DNA of 64,000 nt, taken from the IMG/VR virus record IMGVR_UViG_3300045988_081423. One strand, given 5' to 3'. Under the pieces are notes generated by a model, which worked only from the letters and a program-made list of their open reading frames with translations, ran no database searches and was not told the origin of the DNA. How positions within the stretch are numbered: position 1 is the stretch's first letter; every line of letters starts with the position of its first letter. A program made the translations under genes and the position numbers. The DNA comes from a virus. Positions 1-7,853 of the stretch are shown here, piece after piece.

Positions 1-405
1 TTTAACAAGAAGAGCATTGTGGCTTTATGGGTATTTGGAACTGTTAATTTTGTGATACAGTTTTTGCCAAATTTAGTATATGGTGAAAACTGCTTCCTTT
101 TTGTTTCTTTTATTTCAAATTATTTAATTATACCAGTATCAATGCTATTTTTCTATAATTTGGTTTCTTTTAAAATTAATTATTTTACTTGTTTAATGTG
201 TCAAATAATAAATTGTTTGTTTATATTAATTATAGTAAGTATATTTAATAGTATTGCATATTCTTATAATTTGTTTTGTCCTGCAAACAGATTTCATGAG
301 TTTATTTCTAATTTTGTAATATTCTTCATGCAAATCATGTTATATACTATTATAAAACATAGGAGATTTTACTATGAAAAATGTTGTAAAAATCATCGCA
401 AATAA
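1..405 (+). CDS. polytopic membrane protein, C-terminal part (frame open to the window edge)
   Basis: Frame 1 has no stop from nt 1. The product is almost entirely hydrophobic helices and ends KHRRFYYEKCCKNHRK. Its 3' end is overlapped by an AgrD-like peptide gene, so it may be an AgrB-type partner, but no R..GG.H motif is visible in the part present. Confidence 0.35.
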   Translation, partial: FNKKSIVALWVFGTVNFVIQFLPNLVYGENCFLFVSFISNYLIIPVSMLFFYNLVSFKINYFTCLMCQIINCLFILIIVSIFNSIAYSYNLFCPANRFHEFISNFVIFFMQIMLYTIIKHRRFYYEKCCKNHRK

Positions 406-505
406 TTCTGTTGAGAAGGCTTTTACATCTTTTAATTATTATCAGCCTAAAATGCCAAATTCTCTAATGGAAAAGGCTATTAACGAAAATAAGAAGGAGA
501 ACTAA
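374..505 (+). CDS. AgrD-like autoinducing-peptide precursor candidate (43 aa, no cysteine)
   Basis: AGGAGA at 361-366 precedes ATG 374, with stop TAA at 503-505. Sequence: MKNVVKIIANNSVEKAFTSFNYYQPKMPNSLMEKAINENKKEN. It has a leader helix, a short core, then a QPxxPxSL motif and a charged tail, resembling the P-x-x-L recognition tail of AgrD (S. aureus ...EVEVPKELTQLHE). It falls below the 60-aa ORF-track cutoff. Confidence 0.55.
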   Translation: MKNVVKIIANNSVEKAFTSFNYYQPKMPNSLMEKAINENKKEN

Positions 506-542
506 TCCGACTTATATTATTATAGACATTATAGAATAATAT

Positions 543-579
543 AGGGGAGTCGGCTTGTTAGCTGGCTCCCTATTTTTTT
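543..579 (+). terminator. rho-independent terminator after the peptide gene
   Basis: Stem AGGGGAGTCGGC / GCTGGCTCCCT (one bulge, two G-U pairs), loop TTGTTA, then a T7 run at 573-579. Confidence 0.7.
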
Positions 580-600
580 GTAAATAAGGAATATTCTGTT

Positions 601-1206
601 ATGGATATTTTTAGATATATTGAAGACATATCTTATAAACTCGGTTTAAAGGTTGCGAACTATTTCCATGAGGACAGTGATGGAATTGAAGAGACGCAAT
701 ACGGTATGTTTGCTATTTTAAGCTTTTTGTTTGAATTTGGAACTGGGCTTATTATATCGCTTATTTTTGGATATGTCAAGTATTTTCTTGTATTTCAAAT
801 TACTTATTGTTTTCTACGTTCTGTTTGCGGTGGTGAACACTGTAAGACATTTGCTTCTTGTTGGGCAGTAACAAACATTATCTCATTTATTGGAAGTATG
901 ATGGCTATTTTATTATCCGTAAATAATATGTTTGTAATGATTGGAGTTATTATTACATTTCTGTCATCTGTTGATATGTTTTATATTATTCCAAAGCCAA
1001 GCGAAAATTCTCCTAGTAGAGGAAGTAGAGATATTGAGTTTAAAAGACGTTATATTAAGGGAACTTGTGTGCTAATTTTCTTATCTTGTATTTTGGTGTT
1101 TTTTAATATGCAATTTGTTTCTGCTTCTATTTGCTCTGCCTATATTATGTGTTATATTATGCTTTCCAAATATGGAAAGAAATTTATGAATATGTTTAAG
1201 TTTTAA
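601..1206 (+). CDS. agrB: AgrB-family accessory gene regulator protein B (peptide-processing membrane protease)
   Basis: 201 aa with multiple TM helices. LRSVCGGEHCKTFASC matches the AgrB catalytic His/Cys spacing (S. aureus RRHAHGAHAPSSFWC). A downstream Pro-rich loop reads IIPKPSENSPSRG. Confidence 0.8.
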   Translation: MDIFRYIEDISYKLGLKVANYFHEDSDGIEETQYGMFAILSFLFEFGTGLIISLIFGYVKYFLVFQITYCFLRSVCGGEHCKTFASCWAVTNIISFIGSMMAILLSVNNMFVMIGVIITFLSSVDMFYIIPKPSENSPSRGSRDIEFKRRYIKGTCVLIFLSCILVFFNMQFVSASICSAYIMCYIMLSKYGKKFMNMFKF

Positions 1207-1212
1207 TTAATT

Positions 1213-1294
1213 AAAGACCAGAGGATAGAAACATTAAGCTGCTATCACCCATTGTTAGGAGATACAGGTTCTTTGGCTTGCCTGTCTGGTCTTT
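1213..1294. repeat. 10-bp inverted repeat AAAGACCAGA / TCTGGTCTTT enclosing about 62 nt
   Basis: Read directly from the sequence; followed by TTATTATTT. It could be a long-loop terminator for agrB or flank structure of the IscB element. No cloverleaf is present. Confidence 0.4.
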
Positions 1295-1303
1295 ATTATT
1301 TAT

Positions 1304-1651
1304 AATTGTAGTCGTACAATTGTGGGACGCTATAGGCTCTTTGTGTTCTATGATTGTAGGTATCTACAAACTATAAGAGTTTGTAGTTTCCATTAAATAG
1401 CCTACCAGACTTAGTTACCAGAAATGATAACTACGATATTTAGGTTATGACACCCTCGGTTGACGCAACAGACCGTCGCTCTGTCGTATATATTTAAGTT
1501 AGGTTGGAGTAATAGTAGCCTTGTGATATATACGCTAAAGCCTTTATATCATTGTCGAGTTGAGGTCGGAAAAGCTATGTGGTAATAGTATAGCAATACG
1601 CACAACCATTACATAAGTAATGGAGTTATTTTTACGAAAGGGGTGTCTAGT
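1304..1651 (+). ncRNA. candidate omega-RNA (IscB guide-scaffold RNA); 5' end uncertain
   Basis: About 350 nt without an ORF lie directly upstream of, and in the same orientation as, iscB. The stretch is dense in stems: TTGTAG/CTACAA, CTACAAAC/GTTTGTAG, TAGTTA/TAACTA, TGATATA/TATATCA, CCATTAC/GTAATGG. Confidence 0.55.
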
Positions 1652-2908
1652 ATGGTATATGTATTGAATATTGATGGACAACCGCTTATGCCAACTACTA
1701 GGCACGGTAAAGTCAAACATCTTCTAAAAGATGGTAAGGCTAAAGTAGTTAAGCGTTGTCCATTCACAATTAAACTTCTATACGAGACTCCTAATTGCAC
1801 ACAAGATTTAACTCTTGGGATTGATACAGGAAGTGGCGCAATAGGAACTGCCGTTTCTACCGATGATGGCGAAATAGTTTATATGTCGGAAGTAGTTGTT
1901 AGAAATGACATTACTGACAAAATGACTCAAAGGGCCAAATACCGCAGAAATAGACGTAGCAGAAAAACTCGTTATAGAAAAGCAAGATGGCTAAATCGCA
2001 AAAATTCAATTAAGAAGGATAGATTTAGTCCCACGATGGTAAGTAAACTCCATAGCCACGTTAAAGAAATAGAATATATCAAATCTATTCTCCCTATAAC
2101 TACTATGGTCTTTGAAACAGGAACATTTGATACTTACCTTATGAAAAATCCAAGCCTTGTAAATGAAAATGTAAGACATTGGGGATACCAAAAAGGAACA
2201 AATTATGGGTTTGAAAATACCAAGGCTATGGTTTTAAATCGAGATAATTATACTTGTCAGTATTGCAAAGGTAAACATAAAGATAGTAAACTGGAAGTTC
2301 ATCATATTGTGTTTCGCAGCAAACATGGTTCAGACGAAGAAAGTAATTTGATTACACTTTGTCATACTTGCCATAAGGCGTTGCATAGTGGTAAAATTAG
2401 TCTTAAATTAGAAGGTAAGGTCAAAGGGAATCTAAAATATGCTACACAGATGAATAGTATTCGTAAACAATTATTTAGAATCTACTCGGAAGCAATTGAA
2501 ACTTTTGGTTATATAACAAAGGCAAATCGTCTAAAACTTGGAGTAGATAAAGAGCATTTTTATGACGCTTGTGTTATTGCAACACATGGAAATAAATTTA
2601 GCGTAAGATGCAATTTATACAAAAAGAAATGTGTTTCAGATGGGGATTTTCAACAGACTAAGGGAGTTCGTTCTGAGCAGCGCATTCCAACGTGTAAAAT
2701 TCAGGGGTTCAGAAAGTTTGATAAGGTGAGATATTTTGGTAAAGAATATTTTATAAAAGGAAGGCTTTCTACTGGGTATGCAATACTTATGGATATAGAT
2801 GGTAATAAATCCGATTTTTCTTATATGCCGAAAGGTTTTAAAACGCCTAAAATTATAAATCTAAAAAGATTAGAAGCTCGTTCATCGTGGATAGTAATTT
2901 TTAAATGA
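1652..2908 (+). CDS. iscB: IscB RNA-guided nuclease (PLMP, split RuvC, HNH, C-terminal target-interaction-like domain)
   Basis: AAAGGGG RBS then ATG 1652 (the track start GTG 1643 is less likely). Motifs in order: DGQPLMPTT; LGIDTGSGAIG; RAKYRRNRRSRKTRYRKARW; MVFETGTFD; CQYC..EVHHIVFRSKHGSDEESNLITLCHTCH; HFYDACVIA; GRLSTGYAILMDIDG. Confidence 0.85.
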   Translation: MVYVLNIDGQPLMPTTRHGKVKHLLKDGKAKVVKRCPFTIKLLYETPNCTQDLTLGIDTGSGAIGTAVSTDDGEIVYMSEVVVRNDITDKMTQRAKYRRNRRSRKTRYRKARWLNRKNSIKKDRFSPTMVSKLHSHVKEIEYIKSILPITTMVFETGTFDTYLMKNPSLVNENVRHWGYQKGTNYGFENTKAMVLNRDNYTCQYCKGKHKDSKLEVHHIVFRSKHGSDEESNLITLCHTCHKALHSGKISLKLEGKVKGNLKYATQMNSIRKQLFRIYSEAIETFGYITKANRLKLGVDKEHFYDACVIATHGNKFSVRCNLYKKKCVSDGDFQQTKGVRSEQRIPTCKIQGFRKFDKVRYFGKEYFIKGRLSTGYAILMDIDGNKSDFSYMPKGFKTPKIINLKRLEARSSWIVIFK

Positions 2909-2948
2909 CATAAAAATAATTGTACGACTATTTTTGTGAGGTGGTCGT

Positions 2949-3215
2949 ATGATTATAAATGATTTAGCAACAATAGCAAATTCTGATTTAATATCAGGAG
3001 CTGCAAACATTAGTCAATTTATAAATGTCTATCAAGCGACTAAAGGTGCGACATCATCTCAGTTAAATACAGAGCTAATCAAGCAAAACCAGCATATTGA
3101 AAATAAACTTGACGAACAAACGAATATGTTGCTTGAAAAATTATTGTCTGAATTAAAGATTATAGAAGAACAAAATATTGAAATAATTAAACTTCTGGAT
3201 GGTGGCGTCAAATGA
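2949..3215 (+). CDS. hypothetical small coiled-coil protein
   Basis: GAGGTGG RBS. 88 aa with no TM segment. The C-terminal heptad-like segment EEQNIEIIKLL resembles that of the next ORF. Confidence 0.5.
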   Translation: MIINDLATIANSDLISGAANISQFINVYQATKGATSSQLNTELIKQNQHIENKLDEQTNMLLEKLLSELKIIEEQNIEIIKLLDGGVK

Positions 3216-3436
3216 TTCTTAATACTAATGCAGAATTAGGTGGATTAGATGCTATTGGTGTTGCAGACACGATTATTGCTTCATTGTTATTGAATTATTC
3301 AGAGAAATCTTATAAGTTAAATCTTGATAACACCTCGGAAAATAAAAAGGTTATTTCTCTATTAAACGAAATAAATGAAAATGAAAAAACTATTATTTCC
3401 TTATTACAAGGAATAATAGAAGATAATAAGCATTAG
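3212..3436 (+). CDS. hypothetical small coiled-coil protein (distant paralogue of the previous ORF)
   Basis: ATGA start/stop overlap with 2949-3215. 74 aa, containing NENEKTIISLLQGI. Confidence 0.5.
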   Translation: MILNTNAELGGLDAIGVADTIIASLLLNYSEKSYKLNLDNTSENKKVISLLNEINENEKTIISLLQGIIEDNKH

Positions 3437-3578
3437 TCTTGTCTTATCGGTAAAATAATCCAGACTGAAATAAACGAGTGACGGTTTTGACTCGTTGTAA
3501 AAATAAAAATTGACCGAGCGATGATTCACGATATGGAATAAAAGGGGTCAAAAATATTATAGAAAGTAGTGGGTATCA

Positions 3579-4049
3579 ATGGATGTATTGCAAATTATTA
3601 TTAATATTTGCTCTACTTTTGGTGTGTCTGGACTTCTTTTGTTCTTTGTGAAAAGGCACTATGAAAAGGAAGACGGGGCTTTAAAAGAGGAAAAACAGGA
3701 GAGAAGAGAAATTAAGGATGCGATTGATAAAATTGCTAAACAAAACGAAGAGCAGTATGCAATGATTGCATTTCAAAATGATAAGATAAGTTCTCTTTCT
3801 GATGACGTAAAGGCTTTAAGAGAACAAGGAAGTCAAAATTCTCAGGCAGACAGAGATATGCTTCGGGATGCTATGCTAAGAACATATCATAACTGTTATG
3901 AGGTAAAAGGATGGATTTCTGTTAATGACTTAGAAAGTTTTCAACATATGTTTGAGAGCTACACGGCATTACATGGGAATGGTATGATTCCGAGTGTGCG
4001 TGAAAAAATTATGAGTTTACCAACTATCCCTCCTGAGAACAAAACATAA
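3579..4049 (+). CDS. membrane-anchored coiled-coil protein (BhlA/holin-like N-terminus?)
   Basis: N-terminal TM segment IIINICSTFGVSGLLLFFV followed by a charged helix. The C-terminal segment reads RDMLRDAMLRTYHNCYEVKGWISVNDLESFQHMFESYTALHGNG. Confidence 0.5.
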   Translation: MDVLQIIINICSTFGVSGLLLFFVKRHYEKEDGALKEEKQERREIKDAIDKIAKQNEEQYAMIAFQNDKISSLSDDVKALREQGSQNSQADRDMLRDAMLRTYHNCYEVKGWISVNDLESFQHMFESYTALHGNGMIPSVREKIMSLPTIPPENKT

Positions 4050-4072
4050 TAAGAAATACTTAAATTTAAAGA

Positions 4073-6859
4073 ATGGAGGTATCCGATGTGATAGAACAAG
4101 AAATTACGTTGCTTACTAATGGTAGAATTTCTTTCCAGAAATGCGGGAATGGTCTACAGTTTGGATATTCTAAAAATCGTGGTGTATACAGTATAAAAGT
4201 AAAAACTTCTGGTGAATGGAATGGTTTAACGATTCGCGCATTTTGGCATATCCCGGACATTAAAGAGCCAATCACCTCTTTATTAGTAGACAATGTTATT
4301 AGAGTTCCTGCATTGGTTACTAGTTATAAAGGTGAGGGGAGGATTGTATTTGAGGGTTCCGATGGAGTCAAAACTGTAACGAGTGCAGACATTCGCTATT
4401 ATGTAAACAAAAATAGCGGAACCTGTGACGGTACAATTCCAGAACCGGGAACGCCAGCTTGGCAAGAGCTTGTTGGCACTGTAAAGAAATATTCCGATAC
4501 TGCTGTTGAAGCAAAGGAGTCTGCTAAAAAATCAGCGGATGAAGCAAAACAAGCTCTTGAAGATACAAAAGATGTAAAGAGTCAGGCTATTGAAGAAATT
4601 AATTCTTCAAAAACTGCGGTAATCGAAGAGATTGAGAACAAAAAAAATTTATCAATTGAAGAAATTAACAGTGTAAAAGAAGATGCAAAAGGAGAGCTAG
4701 AGACCCTTTGTGATTCTACCCGGGATTTTGCAAATCAGGCAAAAGAAGCCGCAGACAGAGCAAAAGCAAGCGAACTTGCCGCAAAAGACTCTGAATTAAA
4801 ATCTAAAGAAAGCGAAAGACTGGCAAGTGAATACAAAAATTCAGCTAATGAAAGTGCAAACGCTGCATTAAAATCAGAAGAGAACGCTTCAATAAGCGAA
4901 TCTAATGCGACCGAGGCAGCCAATAGAGCATTGATATCTGAAAATAATGCAAAATTATCTGAGACAGCCAGTGATAATAGCTCTAAAAAAGCATTTGATA
5001 GCGAAACAAAAGCAAAAGCATCCGAAATAAATTCTTCAAATAACGCTGTCAACGCAGAACACTCTGCAATAAATGCTGCGGCATCGGCTGATGCCGCAAA
5101 AGGCTCTGAGGACAAAGCAAAAACAAGTGAAATTATTAGCACAGCAAATACGGCAGAAGTAGCAAAAAATCTTGAAACAGTCAGGGATATTAAAGCCGAG
5201 ATTGACATCTTAGACGCTAATGTGTCGGCTAATGCGGCAAGTTCAAATGAAAATGCGAACAATGCAAGAATCAGTGCGGAGGCAGCAAAACAATCTGAGA
5301 CGAATGCTGCATTAAGCGAGGCGTCTGCTTTAGAGAGCAAAAATGCTTCTGCGGAAAATGCTGCAAAATCTCAAAATAACGCCTCTAACGCAAAAAATAG
5401 TGCAGATAGCGCAAAAGAAAGTGAAACAAAGGCACAAGAATATTCTAATTTATCTCAGTCCAACGCTAATGCTTCGAGTGAGTCTGCAAGTAATGCAAAA
5501 GCAAGCGAAGGTGCTTCAAAAAAGAACGCAGACGATTCTGCGGCTACCCTACAAGAACTGAAAGACGGAATTGCATCTGGAAACTTTAAAGGCGAGAAAG
5601 GTGACAAAGGCGACCCCGGCCCGGCAGGCAAAGATGCCCCGCAAATTGATGATACCACCGTGAACGACTCTGCCCCATGGAGCAGCAAGCACATCGTGGA
5701 TGTGCTCTGCCCACCGATGGAGGAGACCGGAAACCCCGTGACGTGCTACCCGGTGGAAAGTTATCCGCTGGGGGTGACTGCCAGCTGGGAACCGACGCAG
5801 GAAGGCAGCGGTGACCCATCGCCTGACAATGTTCGCCCAATTAAGGGCAGGGACAGCGTGACAGTGGAGCGGTGCGGGAAGAATCTGCTAAAATTAAATG
5901 AACGAATTATCGACAAAGAAACAGTGATACTCAAAGAAAACGACCTTGTTTTCCTGTCAAAATGTTTTCACGGCAAGGACGTGACGCTCACATTTGCCTG
6001 TGACACGAAAGATATTGTTTTCTCGGACACAGCGGAAAAATGGAGAAAAAGAATCGGATATGAATGTCATGGTTTTTTGGACGATGGAACTGAGGTATGG
6101 TCTCTCCAATGCTGGCTGACTGATGGACAAGACAACCTTACAAGAAATGGAAAGCATAAAAAAACTGTTACTTTGAAGATGCCGAACATTGTGAAAGGCA
6201 CGATTAACTTTTATGCTCAAAATATAAAATCCGGCACCTTCACAGCGTATGATTTTGGAATCTACGCGGGCGGCACATTGCCAGATAATCTTGCACAATA
6301 CAACGGTGTATCTGTGCCACTAGCCTTCCCCTCCACCATCTACGGCGGGACGGTGGATGCAGTGAGCGGTGAGAGCAGTAGAACATGGCGAACTATTACT
6401 TTGACAGGCGAAGAAAGCTCTCATATTTATTCGACAATTTTCTATCTTGATTTCAATAAAGACAGTTCCTTTGTGGCAGAAGAACCTGTTGACTTAGCAA
6501 CTGGCAAAAGCAGCCACTATCGCTATACGACATATGCGAATGATTCAGTAGGAGTCACATTAGATGGATATTCCGTGGTGTATTCCAGCAATGGCAAGTA
6601 TCCTATATCTGATGAGGGTTTACGAGAATGGAAATCCTACCTCGCCGCCCAGTACGCGGCAGGAACACCTGTCCAAATCGCCTACAAGCTGGCAACTCCA
6701 ACGCCTTTCACCGCAACCGGCGCACAGCCTATCTCTTCTCTGAGCGGCGTGAACACCCTAATGACCGACGCGAACAATGTAACCGTTACCGGCAGAGCAG
6801 ACCCCATCAAGCGCATCACTGACCTTGAGGACGCTGTGGCATCAATGACCAACACATAA
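4073..6859 (+). CDS. tail-fibre-like protein (N-terminal anchor, long Ala/Ser/Glu/Asn coiled-coil shaft, short G-X-Y run, GC-rich C-terminal domain)
   Basis: The shaft is about 400 aa of SAxxAxxSExxA-type repeats, followed by GEKGDKGDPGPAGKD and a globular C-terminus. GTG 4088 (GGAGGT 4075-4080 plus 7 nt) may be the true start. Confidence 0.6.
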   Translation: MEVSDVIEQEITLLTNGRISFQKCGNGLQFGYSKNRGVYSIKVKTSGEWNGLTIRAFWHIPDIKEPITSLLVDNVIRVPALVTSYKGEGRIVFEGSDGVKTVTSADIRYYVNKNSGTCDGTIPEPGTPAWQELVGTVKKYSDTAVEAKESAKKSADEAKQALEDTKDVKSQAIEEINSSKTAVIEEIENKKNLSIEEINSVKEDAKGELETLCDSTRDFANQAKEAADRAKASELAAKDSELKSKESERLASEYKNSANESANAALKSEENASISESNATEAANRALISENNAKLSETASDNSSKKAFDSETKAKASEINSSNNAVNAEHSAINAAASADAAKGSEDKAKTSEIISTANTAEVAKNLETVRDIKAEIDILDANVSANAASSNENANNARISAEAAKQSETNAALSEASALESKNASAENAAKSQNNASNAKNSADSAKESETKAQEYSNLSQSNANASSESASNAKASEGASKKNADDSAATLQELKDGIASGNFKGEKGDKGDPGPAGKDAPQIDDTTVNDSAPWSSKHIVDVLCPPMEETGNPVTCYPVESYPLGVTASWEPTQEGSGDPSPDNVRPIKGRDSVTVERCGKNLLKLNERIIDKETVILKENDLVFLSKCFHGKDVTLTFACDTKDIVFSDTAEKWRKRIGYECHGFLDDGTEVWSLQCWLTDGQDNLTRNGKHKKTVTLKMPNIVKGTINFYAQNIKSGTFTAYDFGIYAGGTLPDNLAQYNGVSVPLAFPSTIYGGTVDAVSGESSRTWRTITLTGEESSHIYSTIFYLDFNKDSSFVAEEPVDLATGKSSHYRYTTYANDSVGVTLDGYSVVYSSNGKYPISDEGLREWKSYLAAQYAAGTPVQIAYKLATPTPFTATGAQPISSLSGVNTLMTDANNVTVTGRADPIKRITDLEDAVASMTNT

Positions 6860-6869
6860 GGAGGTACAT

Positions 6870-7100
6870 ATGGCAATTAAATCCAAAGCCCGCCATGACC
6901 TGACGCTGCGCAGCATCAAGCGGGAAATTGCAGCAGGACGCGATGTTGCATACTGGTTGGATAAGGCGTACACCCATCTGGACAACGGCTTGTTGACCGA
7001 GGACGACATCGCAGAGGTGGAAGCCCTTGCGCAGGCGTACTACGATGCGCTAGACGCGGAGGACAAGGCGAACTCTGAACAGCAGCAGACTCAAAGGTAA
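6870..7100 (+). CDS. small protein co-located with the GC-rich fibre end (fibre accessory/chaperone?)
   Basis: AGGAGG RBS, 76 aa, GC-rich like the fibre 3' end. Function unknown. Confidence 0.45.
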   Translation: MAIKSKARHDLTLRSIKREIAAGRDVAYWLDKAYTHLDNGLLTEDDIAEVEALAQAYYDALDAEDKANSEQQQTQR

Positions 7101-7313
7101 TAGGAGAAGCCATTAGGGAGCTAAAGTCTTCTTGCGTTACTGGAATTTTACAATCTAAATTTGGAAAGATAATGTTGACTTATGCTGACGGTTATACATC
7201 CGAGATAGTGATTTATGCCGTTCTTGCATAATTTATAAATAGTTGTTTTAATTAAACACATATTATACATTTTGTTAAATTATAGAATCACTTTTAACAA
7301 ATAGGTGATTATT

Positions 7314-7643
7314 ATGACGGTAAATGAATCGAAATTTATTATTCAGAAATTAATCAAGTATTCTATGGAAGAACTTGAAATGGCAGAACATTATCAAAAA
7401 ATGATGGCCCACATGGAGGATTCTTCTGCGTTCTCTAAATTTAAAGAATTTGCGAACCAAGAACTTGCTCACCATGAATACGATTTTTCAATGGCAATGT
7501 CTATGGCACAGAAACTAAAAGATGAAAATGAGATTGCAGATGTGGACGAGTTTATAAATGGTATTTATAAGCAGAATCAGACACATTGGAAGGAAAAGAT
7601 TGTTTGGAAAATTGCAAACGCAAAGCCAAAAACCTCTCGTTAA
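7314..7643 (+). CDS. hypothetical helical protein
   Basis: AGGTGA at 7303-7308 then ATG 7314 (the track start GTG 7305 is too close to the RBS). About 109 aa and His/Met-rich. Confidence 0.5.
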   Translation: MTVNESKFIIQKLIKYSMEELEMAEHYQKMMAHMEDSSAFSKFKEFANQELAHHEYDFSMAMSMAQKLKDENEIADVDEFINGIYKQNQTHWKEKIVWKIANAKPKTSR

Positions 7644-7853
7644 ATGATGCTGGGCGAAGGGACTAGAGGTCGTTAAACAGCGACGATAAATGTTAAAGGT
7701 GTTGGAATAATACCACGGTATTATACAGTATCTTTGATTTTAAATGTTTATTGCTATGGCAACTATCCATGAGTAGAAATGCTTGTGGATAGTAACGATG
7801 GCAATAAAGTCATCGTGGAATTAAAGGAGTCATTTGGAGTGAAAGGAGTACAC

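Larger units (their letters stand above)
1304..2929 (+). mobile_element. IS200/IS605-type non-autonomous IscB (OMEGA) unit; boundaries approximate
   Basis: Hairpin AATTGTA-GTCG-TACAATT at 1304-1321 and the inverted 12-mer AATTGTACGACT at 2918-2929 bracket an ORF-free structured leader plus iscB. No TnpA gene is present. Confidence 0.45.

Noticed and set aside
1213-1294. The long hairpin after agrB, considered as a tRNA, att site or riboswitch.
   Set aside because: It has no cloverleaf or T-loop motif and no recognisable riboswitch core. It is kept only as an inverted repeat of unknown role.
4735-5340. A 201-aa minus-strand ORF inside the fibre gene.
   Set aside because: It is antisense to the Ala/Ser/Glu/Asn repeat shaft, and its product is mirror-image low-complexity (Ala/Leu/Ser/Phe). 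It has no RBS. This is a typical shadow ORF.
5590-5634. A collagen-like domain in the fibre.
   Set aside because: There are only five G-X-Y triplets (GEK GDK GDP GPA GKD). This is noted as a hinge and mosaic boundary, not as a collagen domain.
5455-7113. Several 60-85-aa ORFs in other frames or strands: 5455-5694, 5586-5840, 6628-6822, 6682-6876 and 6916-7113.
   Set aside because: They fall exactly in the GC-rich patches, where stop codons are rare. They overlap well-supported genes and encode Pro/Arg/Gly-rich nonsense.
7779-7853. The track start ATG 7779 for the metallophosphoesterase.
   Set aside because: There is no RBS upstream of 7779. ATG 7854 follows GAAAGGAG at ideal spacing, and the extra 25 residues overlap the inverted repeat.
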